From NCBI GenBank assembly GCA_035277145.1, contig DATELA010000057.1:67-64066 (forward strand): a stretch of 64,000 nucleotides of DNA, read 5' to 3'. The notes below the pieces were generated by a model. That model did not search any database, had not been told where the DNA came from, and saw only the letters and a program-made list of their open reading frames with translations. Of this stretch, positions 1 through 9,846 are shown piece by piece. The translations under genes were made by a program, and so were the position numbers. Each line of letters starts with the position of its first letter. Position 1 is the first letter of the stretch. This DNA is from Gemmatimonadaceae bacterium (GTDB lineage Bacteria > Gemmatimonadota > Gemmatimonadetes > Gemmatimonadales > Gemmatimonadaceae).

Positions 1-756
1 TCGCGGGGCCGCGGCCCCGGCGAATTCCTCGGCGCCGGGCATCTCGCGGTTCTCGCTGATCGATTGTTCGTTGCAGAGGCTTTGAACGGACGCGTTTCCG
101 AGTTCCGGCTGAACGGGGAGTTCGTGACGACCTACCGTGCCCCCTTTGCGGCCGGTGCGTTGACCGTTTCGGAGCGCGGCATGTTCGCTGCGTCGCAATC
201 AGAGAAGAGCTTCGGCGTCAGGCTGCAATCCGGCCACGATCCGAGCGCGGCGCTGCGTCGTTCACGAAGGCACACGCGCCGCGAGGACGATCGATGGGCT
301 GCGCTGCCCGGACACGACTTGATGGCCGCGGATTCAACAGGTGTCTGGGTGTTCGAACAAGGTCACGGCGACATCTGTTTTTACGCAGCCGACGATGCGC
401 GACCAAGCTGCCGTGCACTGCCAGCATCGCTTCGTGCGCGCCTGCACGAGTACCGCGCCGCACGTGTCGCGCAGTTCGAAGCCGGCACCGGACAGTACGT
501 GAAGGTGGCGCCCCTGGCGAAGGATTTCCTGCGCGTCGGCCCGTGGCTGGCGCTGTTGCTTCCGTTGCCGGAAATGCCCATTGCATTGCTCGATGTGAAT
601 GACGGCTCGCTGACGCCTGCGTTGATGTTGCGGGACACGCTGCCGTCGTGGGCACGAAGCGCGTCAAGCTTCGCGTTCGACGGTCGCCGGTTTCTGATCA
701 TCGGCGATGACGGTGTCGGACGTCTTGAACTGACTTTGAAATCCTCTGCCAACTAA
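1..756 (+). CDS. hypothetical protein, 5'-truncated by window edge; NHL-repeat-like segment
   Basis: Frame 1 is open from base 1 with no stop before the listed TTG at 64, so the gene probably begins upstream of the window. LFVAEALNGRVSEFRLNGEFV resembles an NHL repeat. No other family recognised. Confidence 0.4.
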   Translation, partial: SRGRGPGEFLGAGHLAVLADRLFVAEALNGRVSEFRLNGEFVTTYRAPFAAGALTVSERGMFAASQSEKSFGVRLQSGHDPSAALRRSRRHTRREDDRWAALPGHDLMAADSTGVWVFEQGHGDICFYAADDARPSCRALPASLRARLHEYRAARVAQFEAGTGQYVKVAPLAKDFLRVGPWLALLLPLPEMPIALLDVNDGSLTPALMLRDTLPSWARSASSFAFDGRRFLIIGDDGVGRLELTLKSSAN

Positions 757-767
757 GGGCCTCGTCC

Positions 768-1745
768 ATGCGCTCCATGATTCTCATCGCCACACTGTTG
801 ATCGCAGCCGCTCCGTCGTGCGACGTACCTCCACAGCAGGCGCCGCTGCGACGCCCCTACTGCGATATCGACGCAAGTGGCAACATCCGCGGACCGGGCG
901 CTGACGTGTGCGAACAAGTTGCGCGTCGCTGGCACACGTTGACCGGCACGCGCGCGATCAAGGGCGCCATTCGGCTCGTCGACGGCGCCAGCGCTACGAG
1001 TTCCGTCACGGCCCAGGAATGGGTGCTTGAATGGCGCGCGCCGTCGGCAATCACTGACGTGAAAACGCGTTCGGACGGGTTCGTTGCGAATGATGCGGAA
1101 AACATCATTCCGCACGAAGCCGGTCACAACTTGTTCGCGAGCTACACGATTTTCTTTGCGGGCCCTCAAGACTACGCCGGGTACGGATCTATTGTGCCCG
1201 ATTGGTTTGATGAGTCGCCCGCTGTTTGGTTGGAATCCGCGGCAATGCGGACGGGTCGCGTAAGAAAGGTCATCGGCACAACACCGTCGCTGCACCGCCT
1301 GGCCACCATGGACCACCCAGGCCGGGAGGCCGTCGTCGCGAATGCGCTCAATCCGGCGCGTCGCTGGCGCGAACGCACGGTGGCGCCACCGTGCCCCGAG
1401 TGCACCTTCCTGCCCGATTCCGTGCGTGACAAGTACCGCGTGACGGATGTCGGCGTCGACGCGCGCGGGTTGCCCGACACGCGCGTCTGGTACTCCGCAA
1501 CAAATCCGAGCAACGCCGAAACGCTCGAAGAACGCGAGTTCTACGCGCTCTCCTACCTGCTGCTGCGATTCATTCACGTTCGCGGCGGCTATGCTGCCGT
1601 CCGCGAACTCATATCACGGTACCGCGAAGATTCTCGCCCGCGCGTCAGCGTGCTCGTCGGTCTGCCGGGACTGCCAACATCGTTCGACGCGTTCGAGCGC
1701 GAATGGATCGCTTTCCTTGCAAACCCGCCAGCGGAGGAGCGCTAG
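768..1745 (+). CDS. putative exported zinc metallopeptidase (peptidase MA-like)
   Basis: 325-aa ORF with a hydrophobic N-terminus ending in Cys (LLIAAAPSC). HEAGH motif followed about 27 residues later by WFDESPAVWLE, a gluzincin-like third-ligand pattern. Its stop overlaps the convergent nadB stop in CTAG at 1742-1745. Confidence 0.55.
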   Translation: MRSMILIATLLIAAAPSCDVPPQQAPLRRPYCDIDASGNIRGPGADVCEQVARRWHTLTGTRAIKGAIRLVDGASATSSVTAQEWVLEWRAPSAITDVKTRSDGFVANDAENIIPHEAGHNLFASYTIFFAGPQDYAGYGSIVPDWFDESPAVWLESAAMRTGRVRKVIGTTPSLHRLATMDHPGREAVVANALNPARRWRERTVAPPCPECTFLPDSVRDKYRVTDVGVDARGLPDTRVWYSATNPSNAETLEEREFYALSYLLLRFIHVRGGYAAVRELISRYREDSRPRVSVLVGLPGLPTSFDAFEREWIAFLANPPAEER

Positions 1746-3259
1746 GACCCGAACTCGATGTGCCGCCCTTTCCACTTGTTCTTCGGACGCGGAAAATCGC
1801 GACGATAATGTCCGCCGCGCGACTCTTTGCGCAGCATTGCCGCCGAAAGAATCAAATGTGCGGTCTCCGTCATGTTCGCTTCTTCGGTCGCGCCGTGCGG
1901 CAGCCGAATCACGATGTCTTCGAGCGCTTCGAGCGCCATGCGAAGTCCCGTCGCGGTGCGATCGATGCCCGCGTACTTCCACATCGCCTCGCGAATCTCC
2001 TCGGCTGCCACCTGCGCGGCACCACGATCGCGCAGCGTCGGCACGCTCCACTGTACACGCCGCGGAATGCGCGGCAGCTTCGGCAGCATGAGCACGTTAT
2101 GCGCAACGCGTTCGGCGAACACGAGTCCTTCGAGCAGCGAGTTCGACGCGAGACGGTTCGCGCCATGCACGCCCGTGCGCGACACTTCGCCGCACGCATA
2201 CAAACGGTCGAGTGATGAGCGACCCGCGAGATCCACGACGATGCCTCCCATCATGTAGTGCGCCGCGGGCGTCACCGGAATCAAATCGTACTGCGCATCA
2301 ACTCCGCGCGCGCGCAACACGGCGTCAATTCCCGGAAATCGCCGCGCAAATGATCGCTTGAGTTTGCGCGCGTCGAGATACACCGCACCGGTGCGCGCTT
2401 GCTCGCGAAAAATTTCGCGCGCGACGATGTCGCGCGGAGCCAGTTCAGCGAGTCGATGCCTTCGCGACATGAATCGCCGTCCTTCGGCATTCACGAGCAC
2501 CGCGCCTTCACCACGCACCGCCTCAGAGATCAGCTGCAGCGGCGTCTCCGCTGTCGCGAGCGCCGTCGGATGGAACTGCACGAACTCCATGTCCGCGAGC
2601 TTCGCGCCCGCGCGATGCGCGATCGCGTATCCATCGCCCGTCGCAACCTGCGGATTTGTCGTGTAGCGAAACACCTGCCCGCACCCACCGGTCGCGAGCA
2701 CCGTTGCGTCCGCAATCAGATCGACGGGTCGTCCCGCGACACTCGCACGCACACCGCACACGCGTCGCTCGTCCACAATCAATTCCAGTACGCGCGCATG
2801 CTCCAGCACCGTGACGGCCTTATTCTCGGCCACGCGATTGATCAGCGTGCGGGCGACTTCCGCACCCGTCTGATCGCCGTGCGCGTGCACGATGCGTTTC
2901 CGAGAATGCGCCGCTTCCTTACTCAGCGTGAATCGGCCGTCAGCGCCGACGTCGAACCGCGCACCGGCATCGGCCAACTCGCGCACGCGCGCGGGACCTT
3001 CTGCAACCAATACTTCGACGGCGGCTGCATCGCAGAGCGCCGCACCGGCCGCCAGCGTATCGCGTCGATGCAACTCGGGCGAATCCCCAGCGCCCAACGC
3101 CGCGGCAATTCCGCCCTGGGCATAGGTGGTGGCGCTGTCGAACAGTGAGCGCTTGGTCAACACGTAGACATCGCCGCCGGCTGACGCGCGGAGCGCGGTC
3201 TGCAGACCGGCAACACCGCTGCCAACGACGATAAGCCGGGCTCGAATTCGGTCAGGCAC
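1742..3259 (-). CDS. nadB: L-aspartate oxidase
   Basis: 505-aa ORF. FAD fold VVGSGVAGL at the N-terminus, plus RGEGAVLVN, HYMMGGI and C-terminal ESRGGHYRRDFP, typical of NadB/SdhA-type flavoproteins. Confidence 0.9.
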   Translation of the reverse strand: MPDRIRARLIVVGSGVAGLQTALRASAGGDVYVLTKRSLFDSATTYAQGGIAAALGAGDSPELHRRDTLAAGAALCDAAAVEVLVAEGPARVRELADAGARFDVGADGRFTLSKEAAHSRKRIVHAHGDQTGAEVARTLINRVAENKAVTVLEHARVLELIVDERRVCGVRASVAGRPVDLIADATVLATGGCGQVFRYTTNPQVATGDGYAIAHRAGAKLADMEFVQFHPTALATAETPLQLISEAVRGEGAVLVNAEGRRFMSRRHRLAELAPRDIVAREIFREQARTGAVYLDARKLKRSFARRFPGIDAVLRARGVDAQYDLIPVTPAAHYMMGGIVVDLAGRSSLDRLYACGEVSRTGVHGANRLASNSLLEGLVFAERVAHNVLMLPKLPRIPRRVQWSVPTLRDRGAAQVAAEEIREAMWKYAGIDRTATGLRMALEALEDIVIRLPHGATEEANMTETAHLILSAAMLRKESRGGHYRRDFPRPKNKWKGRHIEFGS

Positions 3260-3283
3260 GCGCGGAATCTAGGACCAACTACA

Positions 3284-3318
3284 GTCGGTAGTCGGTAGGC
3301 GGTAGGCGGTAGTGGTCG
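3284..3318. repeat. tandem heptamer repeat G(T/G)CGGTA x4 plus one degenerate copy
   Basis: Read directly: GTCGGTA GTCGGTA GGCGGTA GGCGGTA GTGGTCG, in the divergent nadB/MFS intergenic region. Confidence 0.85.
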
Positions 3319-3376
3319 CTCGCGGCTCAGGGCTCACCGCTCCGGGCCCATTGCTCACGGCTAGTTTGCACCCCGC

Positions 3377-4630
3377 ATGGGCAAGCTGACCGTACTGATG
3401 GTGACGGCGTTCGTGGACATGATGGGCATACTCATCGTGGCTCCACTCCTGCCGTTCGTGACCACCGAACACCTCGGCGAGGGTCCGCTGTGGAGCGTGC
3501 TGAACGCCATTGGGCTTGGCGGCAGCGGCATGGTGGTGTCGATCCTGATCATGATGTTCTCGGTCGCGCAGCTCGTCAGCGCACCGCTGTGGGGCCGCGT
3601 CTCTGATCGCTACGGACGCCGGCCCGCGCTGCTCATCGGCATCGGCGCATCGACAATTGCGTATGTGATTTTCGCGTACGCGAATTCACTCGAGTTGCTG
3701 TTGTTGTGTCGTATCGTGCAGGGCGCGGGCGGCGGGACGGTCAGCGTCATTCAGGCGTACGTCGCAGATACAACCAAACCGCAGGATCGCGCCAAGGCGC
3801 TGGGATGGCTGTCGGCCGCAACCAATCTCGGCGTCGTGATTGGTCCGGTGATCGGATCGTGGTCGCTGAGCCTTGGCTGGCACGCGCCGGGTCTCGTCGC
3901 CGCAGCGATTTCGTCGGTGAACATGTTATTTGCGTGGCACTACGTCACCGAATCGCACGACGTCGCCGCGGTTCGCGCGAGCGGCAAAGTCGTGCGTGGA
4001 TCGCGCGAGGCTGTGCTGCATGTCGCGTTGCACGCGAACGAACCACCGTCGCGATTGATCTGGATTTACGCGATTACGATGGGCGCGTTCCAGGGAATGA
4101 CGAGCATCCTCGCGCTGTTTCTTGCGTTTCGATACGGCGTGACGGAGAAAACCATCGGCTATTTCTTCACTTACGTCGGCGCGATCTCCGTGATCACGCG
4201 CGCATTCGTGCTCGGCAAAATGGTCGACCGCTTCGGCGAGCCGAAGCTGTCTCGCGCGGGCATGATCATGCTCGCGATTGGCCTCTCGACTATGCCGCTC
4301 GCGCCGTCGGTTCTTCCGTGGTTTGCGTTGAGCGTCGCGCTCGTTCCGCTCGGCACTGCGTTCACGTTCCCGTGCGTGACCGGATTGCTCTCACAGGTCG
4401 TGCCGCAGCACGAGCGCGGCTTGTACATGGGCGTGCAGCAAACGTTCGGTGGGATCGCACGCGTTGCCGCGCCGCTCTATGCGGGTTTCGCGTTCGACCA
4501 TTTCGGTCGCGGCGTGCCTTTTTACACGGCCGGCGTTCTTGTTGTATGCGCGATGCTACTCGGTTTGGACATGGAGAAGTACCGCGCCGGTGTACATGCT
4601 CCCGGCGCGGCTACTCAGTCTCCGCAGTAA
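3377..4630 (+). CDS. MFS transporter
   Basis: 417-aa ORF with ATG start and about 12 hydrophobic segments. The loop 2-3 motif GRVSDRYGRRPALL is typical of the major facilitator superfamily. Confidence 0.8.
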   Translation: MGKLTVLMVTAFVDMMGILIVAPLLPFVTTEHLGEGPLWSVLNAIGLGGSGMVVSILIMMFSVAQLVSAPLWGRVSDRYGRRPALLIGIGASTIAYVIFAYANSLELLLLCRIVQGAGGGTVSVIQAYVADTTKPQDRAKALGWLSAATNLGVVIGPVIGSWSLSLGWHAPGLVAAAISSVNMLFAWHYVTESHDVAAVRASGKVVRGSREAVLHVALHANEPPSRLIWIYAITMGAFQGMTSILALFLAFRYGVTEKTIGYFFTYVGAISVITRAFVLGKMVDRFGEPKLSRAGMIMLAIGLSTMPLAPSVLPWFALSVALVPLGTAFTFPCVTGLLSQVVPQHERGLYMGVQQTFGGIARVAAPLYAGFAFDHFGRGVPFYTAGVLVVCAMLLGLDMEKYRAGVHAPGAATQSPQ

Positions 4631-4650
4631 ATCGCGTTCTCGTCTCGCGC

Positions 4651-5379
4651 TCAGCGCGCGAGACCCGGCTCGCTCGCCAAAACCTGCTTCGCGATTTCCA
4701 CCATCGCGACCGAACGATCCTGACTCGTGCGCTGCAGGATGCGATACGCTTCCTGTTCCGACGATCCCGTGCGGCGCATCAGAATGCCTTTCGCACGCTC
4801 GATGATCTTGCGGCTCTCGAGCTGCGCGCGTGCGTTTGCGGCATCCTTGCGCGCTTCCTGGATTGCGCGCGCGCGTTTCACCGCGAGGCGAATCTGTGCG
4901 TCGAGCACGCGCGGTGGCGTGGGTTTCTGCAGGAACGCGATGGCCGATGTTTCGTCGGCGTCCTTCTCGGACAGTTCGAGCGATTGATCGCCGGTGAACA
5001 AAATCACCGCGACACCCGGGCTGTCCTTCGAGATCGCGCGCGCGGCGTCAATGCCGGAACCATCGGGCATGTGCACGTCGAGCAACACGAGATCGGGCAG
5101 GTGCTTCGTTGCATTCGCGATTGCTTCCGCGCCGGTCGCCACAGCTGCAACAACAACGTGACCCAGGCTGTCCAGAAGATCCGTGAACAGCTTGCGCGTG
5201 TTGTCGTCGTCTTCGGCCAGCAGAATTCGCACTACGCCGGTCGTTTCGTCTGACATGGGGCTGGCGGTGGGCACGGGTCCCGGAGCACGTCGATGCTCTC
5301 GAGCGGTTGGTAATGATGTCGTCTGCACCGTGAGTGGGAAAGCGACGTGTGTTACACGACTGGGGGGGACGCCGCTCAC
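4651..5379 (-). CDS. response regulator with ANTAR RNA-binding output domain
   Basis: REC domain (RILLAEDDDNTRKLF...DLVLLDVHMPDGSG) plus C-terminal ANTAR (ESRKIIERAKGILMRRTGSSEQEAYRILQRTSQDRSVAMVEIAKQVL). The GTG at 5379 overlaps the kinase stop (GTGA). An alternative ATG at 5256 (MSDETTG) gives a canonical REC N-terminus. Confidence 0.85.
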   Translation of the reverse strand: MSGVPPSRVTHVAFPLTVQTTSLPTAREHRRAPGPVPTASPMSDETTGVVRILLAEDDDNTRKLFTDLLDSLGHVVVAAVATGAEAIANATKHLPDLVLLDVHMPDGSGIDAARAISKDSPGVAVILFTGDQSLELSEKDADETSAIAFLQKPTPPRVLDAQIRLAVKRARAIQEARKDAANARAQLESRKIIERAKGILMRRTGSSEQEAYRILQRTSQDRSVAMVEIAKQVLASEPGLAR

Positions 5380-6869
5380 CCCACCGTCGTCGCTAACGGG
5401 AATTTCAGGCGAATCAACGTCCCGGCACCGGGCTCGGACTCGATCTCTGCAACACCACGATGCCTGCGAACGATCCCATATACCTCCGCGAGGCCCAGCC
5501 CTGTTCCCCGACTCCCCTTGGTTGTGAAGAAAGGTTCAAATGCGTGACGGCGAGTTTCGGGGTCCATACCCGTCCCGGTGTCCCGCACCGTGATGATCGC
5601 CCACGTCTCCCGGACCGCTGTTTCCATAGTGAGCGTCCCTCCCTGGGGCATCGCGTCCACCGCATTCTGCACGAGGTTCAATACGGCAGCGCGCAGCTCT
5701 GCAGCCGTGCCTCGTATCACGGCACCGGACGCAAGATTTCGCTGTACTCGCACCGCGGTGCTAGTGTCGCGTCCAGCCCACAGTGGCGCTGCCATCGTAA
5801 TCACCTCGTCCACGGGCTGGGCGAGATCGACCAGCGTGTCGATCTCAGCGTCGTCCATCGGTTCCTGACGAATGAACGACCGCAGGCGGGCAAGGCGTGA
5901 CACCCCCATCTCGGCCGCTCGCACGATCCGCTTCGTGTATTCCTTGACGGCGTTCGCGTCGCCCGCGAACGAATCGATCAGGTACGCCGCGGCAAGAATC
6001 GGATTGAGAACGTTGTTCACGTCGTGCATCACGCCTGCGGCCAACTGCCCCACGGCTGCGAGGCGACGCTCACGTTCACGATCCTCCTGCAGTGAGATGA
6101 TTTGATCGGCGAGCCGGCGCGCGAGTGCGGCCTGCTCTGTGACATCGCGCTCTGCCGTCACCGCGCCGCGCGGCCGGCCGCTCTCGTCGCGCAGTGGTTC
6201 CGCGCTGACGTCGAGCGTCGTTTCGCCACCCGCGCGCTTCAACACGAGTTGCTGCCCGCGCACGGATTCACCGCCGAGTGCGCGCATCGCGGGATGTTCG
6301 TGGAGAAAAATCGCGGTGCCGTCTGTGCCGCGCGGCCGATCCGTTTGCCAGAGCGCGGCAGCAGTCATCGGCGGCGTTCCCTCGTGCTCTGCACGCGCGC
6401 GCGCGTTCAGCCGCACGATTTCGCCCGACTGGCCGAACACGCGCACCGATTCGGGAATCGTCGCAAAAATCGTCTCGAGTTCTTCGACGCTGCGCGCCAG
6501 CGTGCGCCGCAACTCCTCGCGCTCTGTCACGTCGAGCGCGATGAACACCCAGCCGTCTGCGGCAGAGGGGATTCGCGCGATGGTGACTTCGGCAGTTCGC
6601 GTACCAAGTGCTGTGCGAAACTCGACCAGCCGCGTTGATGGTGTGCCCGTGCGGCGCGCCGTCGCGATTTGCGGTTCGAGATCCGCCATGGCGTTCGGCC
6701 ACGCGTCGTGCAATGCCCGGCCGGTCTGCTGTTCGGGCGTCAGATCGGTGAGTTCTGCGTAGCGCCTATTCGCGCGCACGCACCGGAGATCTACGTCGAA
6801 CACCGCAAGCGCGAGCGGCAGTGCATCGAGCACCGTTTGCACGGAGTTCTGATCGCGCAGCGGCGTCAT
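5376..6869 (-). CDS. PAS-domain sensor histidine kinase (no TM segment seen)
   Basis: 497 aa. PAS-like N-terminal repeats, H-box HDVNNVLNPI, and ATPase boxes LVQNAVDAMP, DTGTGMD and GTGLGLAEV. The start overlaps the ndh stop by 4 nt. Confidence 0.85.
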   Translation of the reverse strand: MTPLRDQNSVQTVLDALPLALAVFDVDLRCVRANRRYAELTDLTPEQQTGRALHDAWPNAMADLEPQIATARRTGTPSTRLVEFRTALGTRTAEVTIARIPSAADGWVFIALDVTEREELRRTLARSVEELETIFATIPESVRVFGQSGEIVRLNARARAEHEGTPPMTAAALWQTDRPRGTDGTAIFLHEHPAMRALGGESVRGQQLVLKRAGGETTLDVSAEPLRDESGRPRGAVTAERDVTEQAALARRLADQIISLQEDRERERRLAAVGQLAAGVMHDVNNVLNPILAAAYLIDSFAGDANAVKEYTKRIVRAAEMGVSRLARLRSFIRQEPMDDAEIDTLVDLAQPVDEVITMAAPLWAGRDTSTAVRVQRNLASGAVIRGTAAELRAAVLNLVQNAVDAMPQGGTLTMETAVRETWAIITVRDTGTGMDPETRRHAFEPFFTTKGSRGTGLGLAEVYGIVRRHRGVAEIESEPGAGTLIRLKFPLATTVG

Positions 6870-8170
6870 GCTCGGCCCGTCGGCATTGGCCAGTCGCGTG
6901 TGGTAGCGAGGACGTGGTGCTCAGATCCCGAAATGAGTCGCACACCACGACGGTATGTCCAGTACATGTACGCCCACTGCAGCAGCACCGACAGCCGGTT
7001 GCGGAAGCCTGCGAGGAACATGATGTGCAACAACAGCCAGAAGAACCACGCAGCGTATCCCGCGACCGTGAAGAAACCAAAATCTGCAATCGCCTTGTGC
7101 CGCCCGATCGTCGCGAGTTCGCCCTTGTTGACATACGCGAACGGGCGCGTTCCCTCGCCGCGCAGGCTCCGCACGATGTTGCGCGCCGCGTGCGCACCCA
7201 TTTGCATCGCAGCCGGCGCAACGCCCGGCACGAGTGCGCCATTCGGACGCGCGAGTGACGCGAGATCGCCGATCACCATGACGTCGGGGTGACCGGGAAT
7301 CGTGAGATCCGGTTGAACGAGCACGCGGCCGGCGCGATCGAGCGGAACGCCCAGCGATTTGCCGAGCGATGAGGCTTTATTGCCTGCCGCCCAAAACGTG
7401 GTGCGGGCGCCGATGAATTCGTCACCGATGCGCACACCGCGCGCGTCGACGCTCGTCACCATCGCGCCGGTCCTGACTTCGACGCCAAGCGCGCGCAGAT
7501 CGGCGCGCGCATGCTCAGAGAGTTTCTCGGGAAACGTCGGCAGAATGCGCGGACCGCCTTCGAGCAGAATCACGCGCAGCGTTGTCGGGTTGAACGCACG
7601 GAAATCCGAGCACATCGCGCGCGCAACGTCGGGGATCATTCCCGCGAGTTCGACGCCGGTCGGACCGCCGCCGATCACGACGAACGTGAGTAACTCGCGC
7701 CGCACCGCGTCGTCCGTCGTCAGCTCCGCTTCTTCAAACGCGACGAGAAACCGGCGCCGAATCTCCATCGCGTCATCGAGACTCTTCAGACCCGGTGCGT
7801 GCGGCGTCCACTCGTCGCGCCCGAAATACGAGTGACGCGCACCCGGCGACAGAATCAGGTAGTCGTACGGCACGTCGCCCATATCGCCGTCGACGTGCAC
7901 CACGCGCCGCTGCGGATCAACCGCGCTCACGTTTCCCAAAAGCACGCGCGTGTTCCGCTGCTTCCTGAGCAGCCACCGAATCGGTGCAGTGATGTCGCTC
8001 GGCGCCAGCGCAGCGAGCGCGACTTGATAGAGCAACGGCTGGAACAGGTGGTGGTTAGTGCGATCGATGACGGTGATCTGCGCATCCGCCCGCTTGAGCG
8101 CGCGGGCGGCGTACAGGCCTCCAAAGCCGCCGCCGACGATGACTATACGCGGAGGGGTCGCCACGTTCAC
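6866..8170 (-). CDS. ndh: type II NADH:quinone oxidoreductase (NDH-2)
   Basis: IVIVGGGFGGLYAARAL...HHLFQPLLYQVA, a second dinucleotide fold VVIGGGPTGVELAG, and a C-terminal membrane-anchoring hydrophobic region. I prefer the GTG start at 8170 (GTGA overlap with the permease stop) over the listed start at 8215. Confidence 0.85.
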   Translation of the reverse strand: MNVATPPRIVIVGGGFGGLYAARALKRADAQITVIDRTNHHLFQPLLYQVALAALAPSDITAPIRWLLRKQRNTRVLLGNVSAVDPQRRVVHVDGDMGDVPYDYLILSPGARHSYFGRDEWTPHAPGLKSLDDAMEIRRRFLVAFEEAELTTDDAVRRELLTFVVIGGGPTGVELAGMIPDVARAMCSDFRAFNPTTLRVILLEGGPRILPTFPEKLSEHARADLRALGVEVRTGAMVTSVDARGVRIGDEFIGARTTFWAAGNKASSLGKSLGVPLDRAGRVLVQPDLTIPGHPDVMVIGDLASLARPNGALVPGVAPAAMQMGAHAARNIVRSLRGEGTRPFAYVNKGELATIGRHKAIADFGFFTVAGYAAWFFWLLLHIMFLAGFRNRLSVLLQWAYMYWTYRRGVRLISGSEHHVLATTRDWPMPTGRA

Positions 8171-9846
8171 CCGGTCGCCGCGCGCTCCAGAACCGAAGCG
8201 CGCCCTTCGAGCCACCGTGCGATCGCCGTGATCGTCAGCACCAGCAAGAGCAGCAGCACCGAGAACGCCGCCGCGGTCCCGAACGACAACGCGCGGAGTT
8301 GTGCGAGAATCTCGATCGCTATGGGACGATTCGCGTGCGTGTAGAGGACGACGCTCGCCACGAACTCACCAACCGCATTCACGCCGGCGAGCAGTGTGCC
8401 CGCGATCAAACCCGGGCGCGCCGCGGGAAGAATGACGCGGCGGAACGTCTGCCACCAACGCGCGCCCAGTCCGCGTGCGGCGTCTTCAACGGCGGGATCC
8501 ATTTGACGCAGTGAGCCCTCGATTGCCGACGCGACGATCGGAATGCCGCGAATGAAATACGCGAGCGGCAAAATCCAGAACGTTCCGATGAGCAGCACGC
8601 GTGCCGTCCCGATGTCATTGCGATCGAACGTCGATGCGAGGCCGATAGCAACCGCAGTCGCGGGAATCGCCCACGGAAGCGCGAGCATGAGCCTGAGCAG
8701 CCCGCGACCCGGCGCGCGCGTTCGAACCACGATGTACGCGGCCGCGAAACACACCACCGCATTCGCCGCGGTCGCAATCACCGCCATCGACACACTGTTG
8801 CGAATGGGCACCCACAGTGCGGATTCCGAAATAATTCGCCGGAAGTTGTCGAGGGTATACGCGGCCGGAAGGATCTGCGTCGTCCACGCGCCGTCCTTCG
8901 CAAACGCAATCAGCAACACCATCGCGTGCGGTAACAGCAGCACGCCGACGATCAAAGACGCACCCACGGCGGCAAAGGCGCGCGCGCCGAACGACGCGGC
9001 CACGCGTCGTGGCGCCACGCCTTTGCCGCCGCCGGTCACCGCGCGGCCGCGCTCCAGTGCGCGAAACACAATCAGCGCGGCAACCGCACTCAGTGCGAGC
9101 ATCGTCGTTTCGACGTACGCGAGTCCCATCGCGCCGTTCAGTTTCGACGTGACGATTTGCGTCGACAACACACGCAACCCGCCACCGAACACGTACGGCG
9201 CTGAGAACGAGCCGAGCGAGCTCATGAACACGAGCAGCATCGCGCCCAGCAAACTCGGCGCAAGCAGCGGAAGCGTGACGCGCCGAAGTCGTGCCCATCG
9301 TGACGCGCCGAGTCCGCGCGCGGCTTCGTCGAGCGATGCGTCGAATCGTTCGAGCGCGGCGCTCGCGAACGCGAACACATACGGTGCGAACGCGTACGCG
9401 TGTACGACCACGATTGCCCAACGTCCGGTAAACCGCCACGGCGGATTCTCGAGTCCGAGCACGGATTGAACGACGCGGGAGACGACACCGCTCTCTCCGT
9501 ACAGGAAGAGAAACGCGACGACGCCGACGAGCGGCGGAAGCGCAGCGGGCAATGTCGCGGCGACACGCAACGCACCGCGGCCAGGGAAGTCCGCGCGCGC
9601 AACCAACAACGCGAGTGGAAGGCCGATCGCCGTTGCGGCAAACACGGACAGCACGGAGATGACGAGACTTTCACGCAACGCTTCGCGATCTGACGCGTTG
9701 CTGAAAAACTCGCGCCAGTATGCCATGCCGTCGCCGAAGCTCGACGCGATGACGCTCGCGTTGGGATACACGACGGTCCACGCCAGCAACACCAACACGG
9801 CAATGGTCAGCACCCTGATCGGCCGTGCGGTGCGCGTCGCGCTCAT
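8167..9846 (-). CDS. ABC importer permease, fused two-domain (FbpB/ThiP-like)
   Basis: 559 aa with two repeats of a 6-TM permease module, each carrying an EAA-like loop (LDEAARGLGASRW and VEDAARGLGARWW). Confidence 0.85.
   Translation of the reverse strand: MSATRTARPIRVLTIAVLVLLAWTVVYPNASVIASSFGDGMAYWREFFSNASDREALRESLVISVLSVFAATAIGLPLALLVARADFPGRGALRVAATLPAALPPLVGVVAFLFLYGESGVVSRVVQSVLGLENPPWRFTGRWAIVVVHAYAFAPYVFAFASAALERFDASLDEAARGLGASRWARLRRVTLPLLAPSLLGAMLLVFMSSLGSFSAPYVFGGGLRVLSTQIVTSKLNGAMGLAYVETTMLALSAVAALIVFRALERGRAVTGGGKGVAPRRVAASFGARAFAAVGASLIVGVLLLPHAMVLLIAFAKDGAWTTQILPAAYTLDNFRRIISESALWVPIRNSVSMAVIATAANAVVCFAAAYIVVRTRAPGRGLLRLMLALPWAIPATAVAIGLASTFDRNDIGTARVLLIGTFWILPLAYFIRGIPIVASAIEGSLRQMDPAVEDAARGLGARWWQTFRRVILPAARPGLIAGTLLAGVNAVGEFVASVVLYTHANRPIAIEILAQLRALSFGTAAAFSVLLLLLVLTITAIARWLEGRASVLERAATG

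Noticed and set aside
3706-5253. 515-aa plus-strand ORF overlapping the MFS gene out of frame and running antisense through the ANTAR regulator
   Set aside because: The translation is Arg-rich nonsense, while both overlapped genes have clear family signatures.
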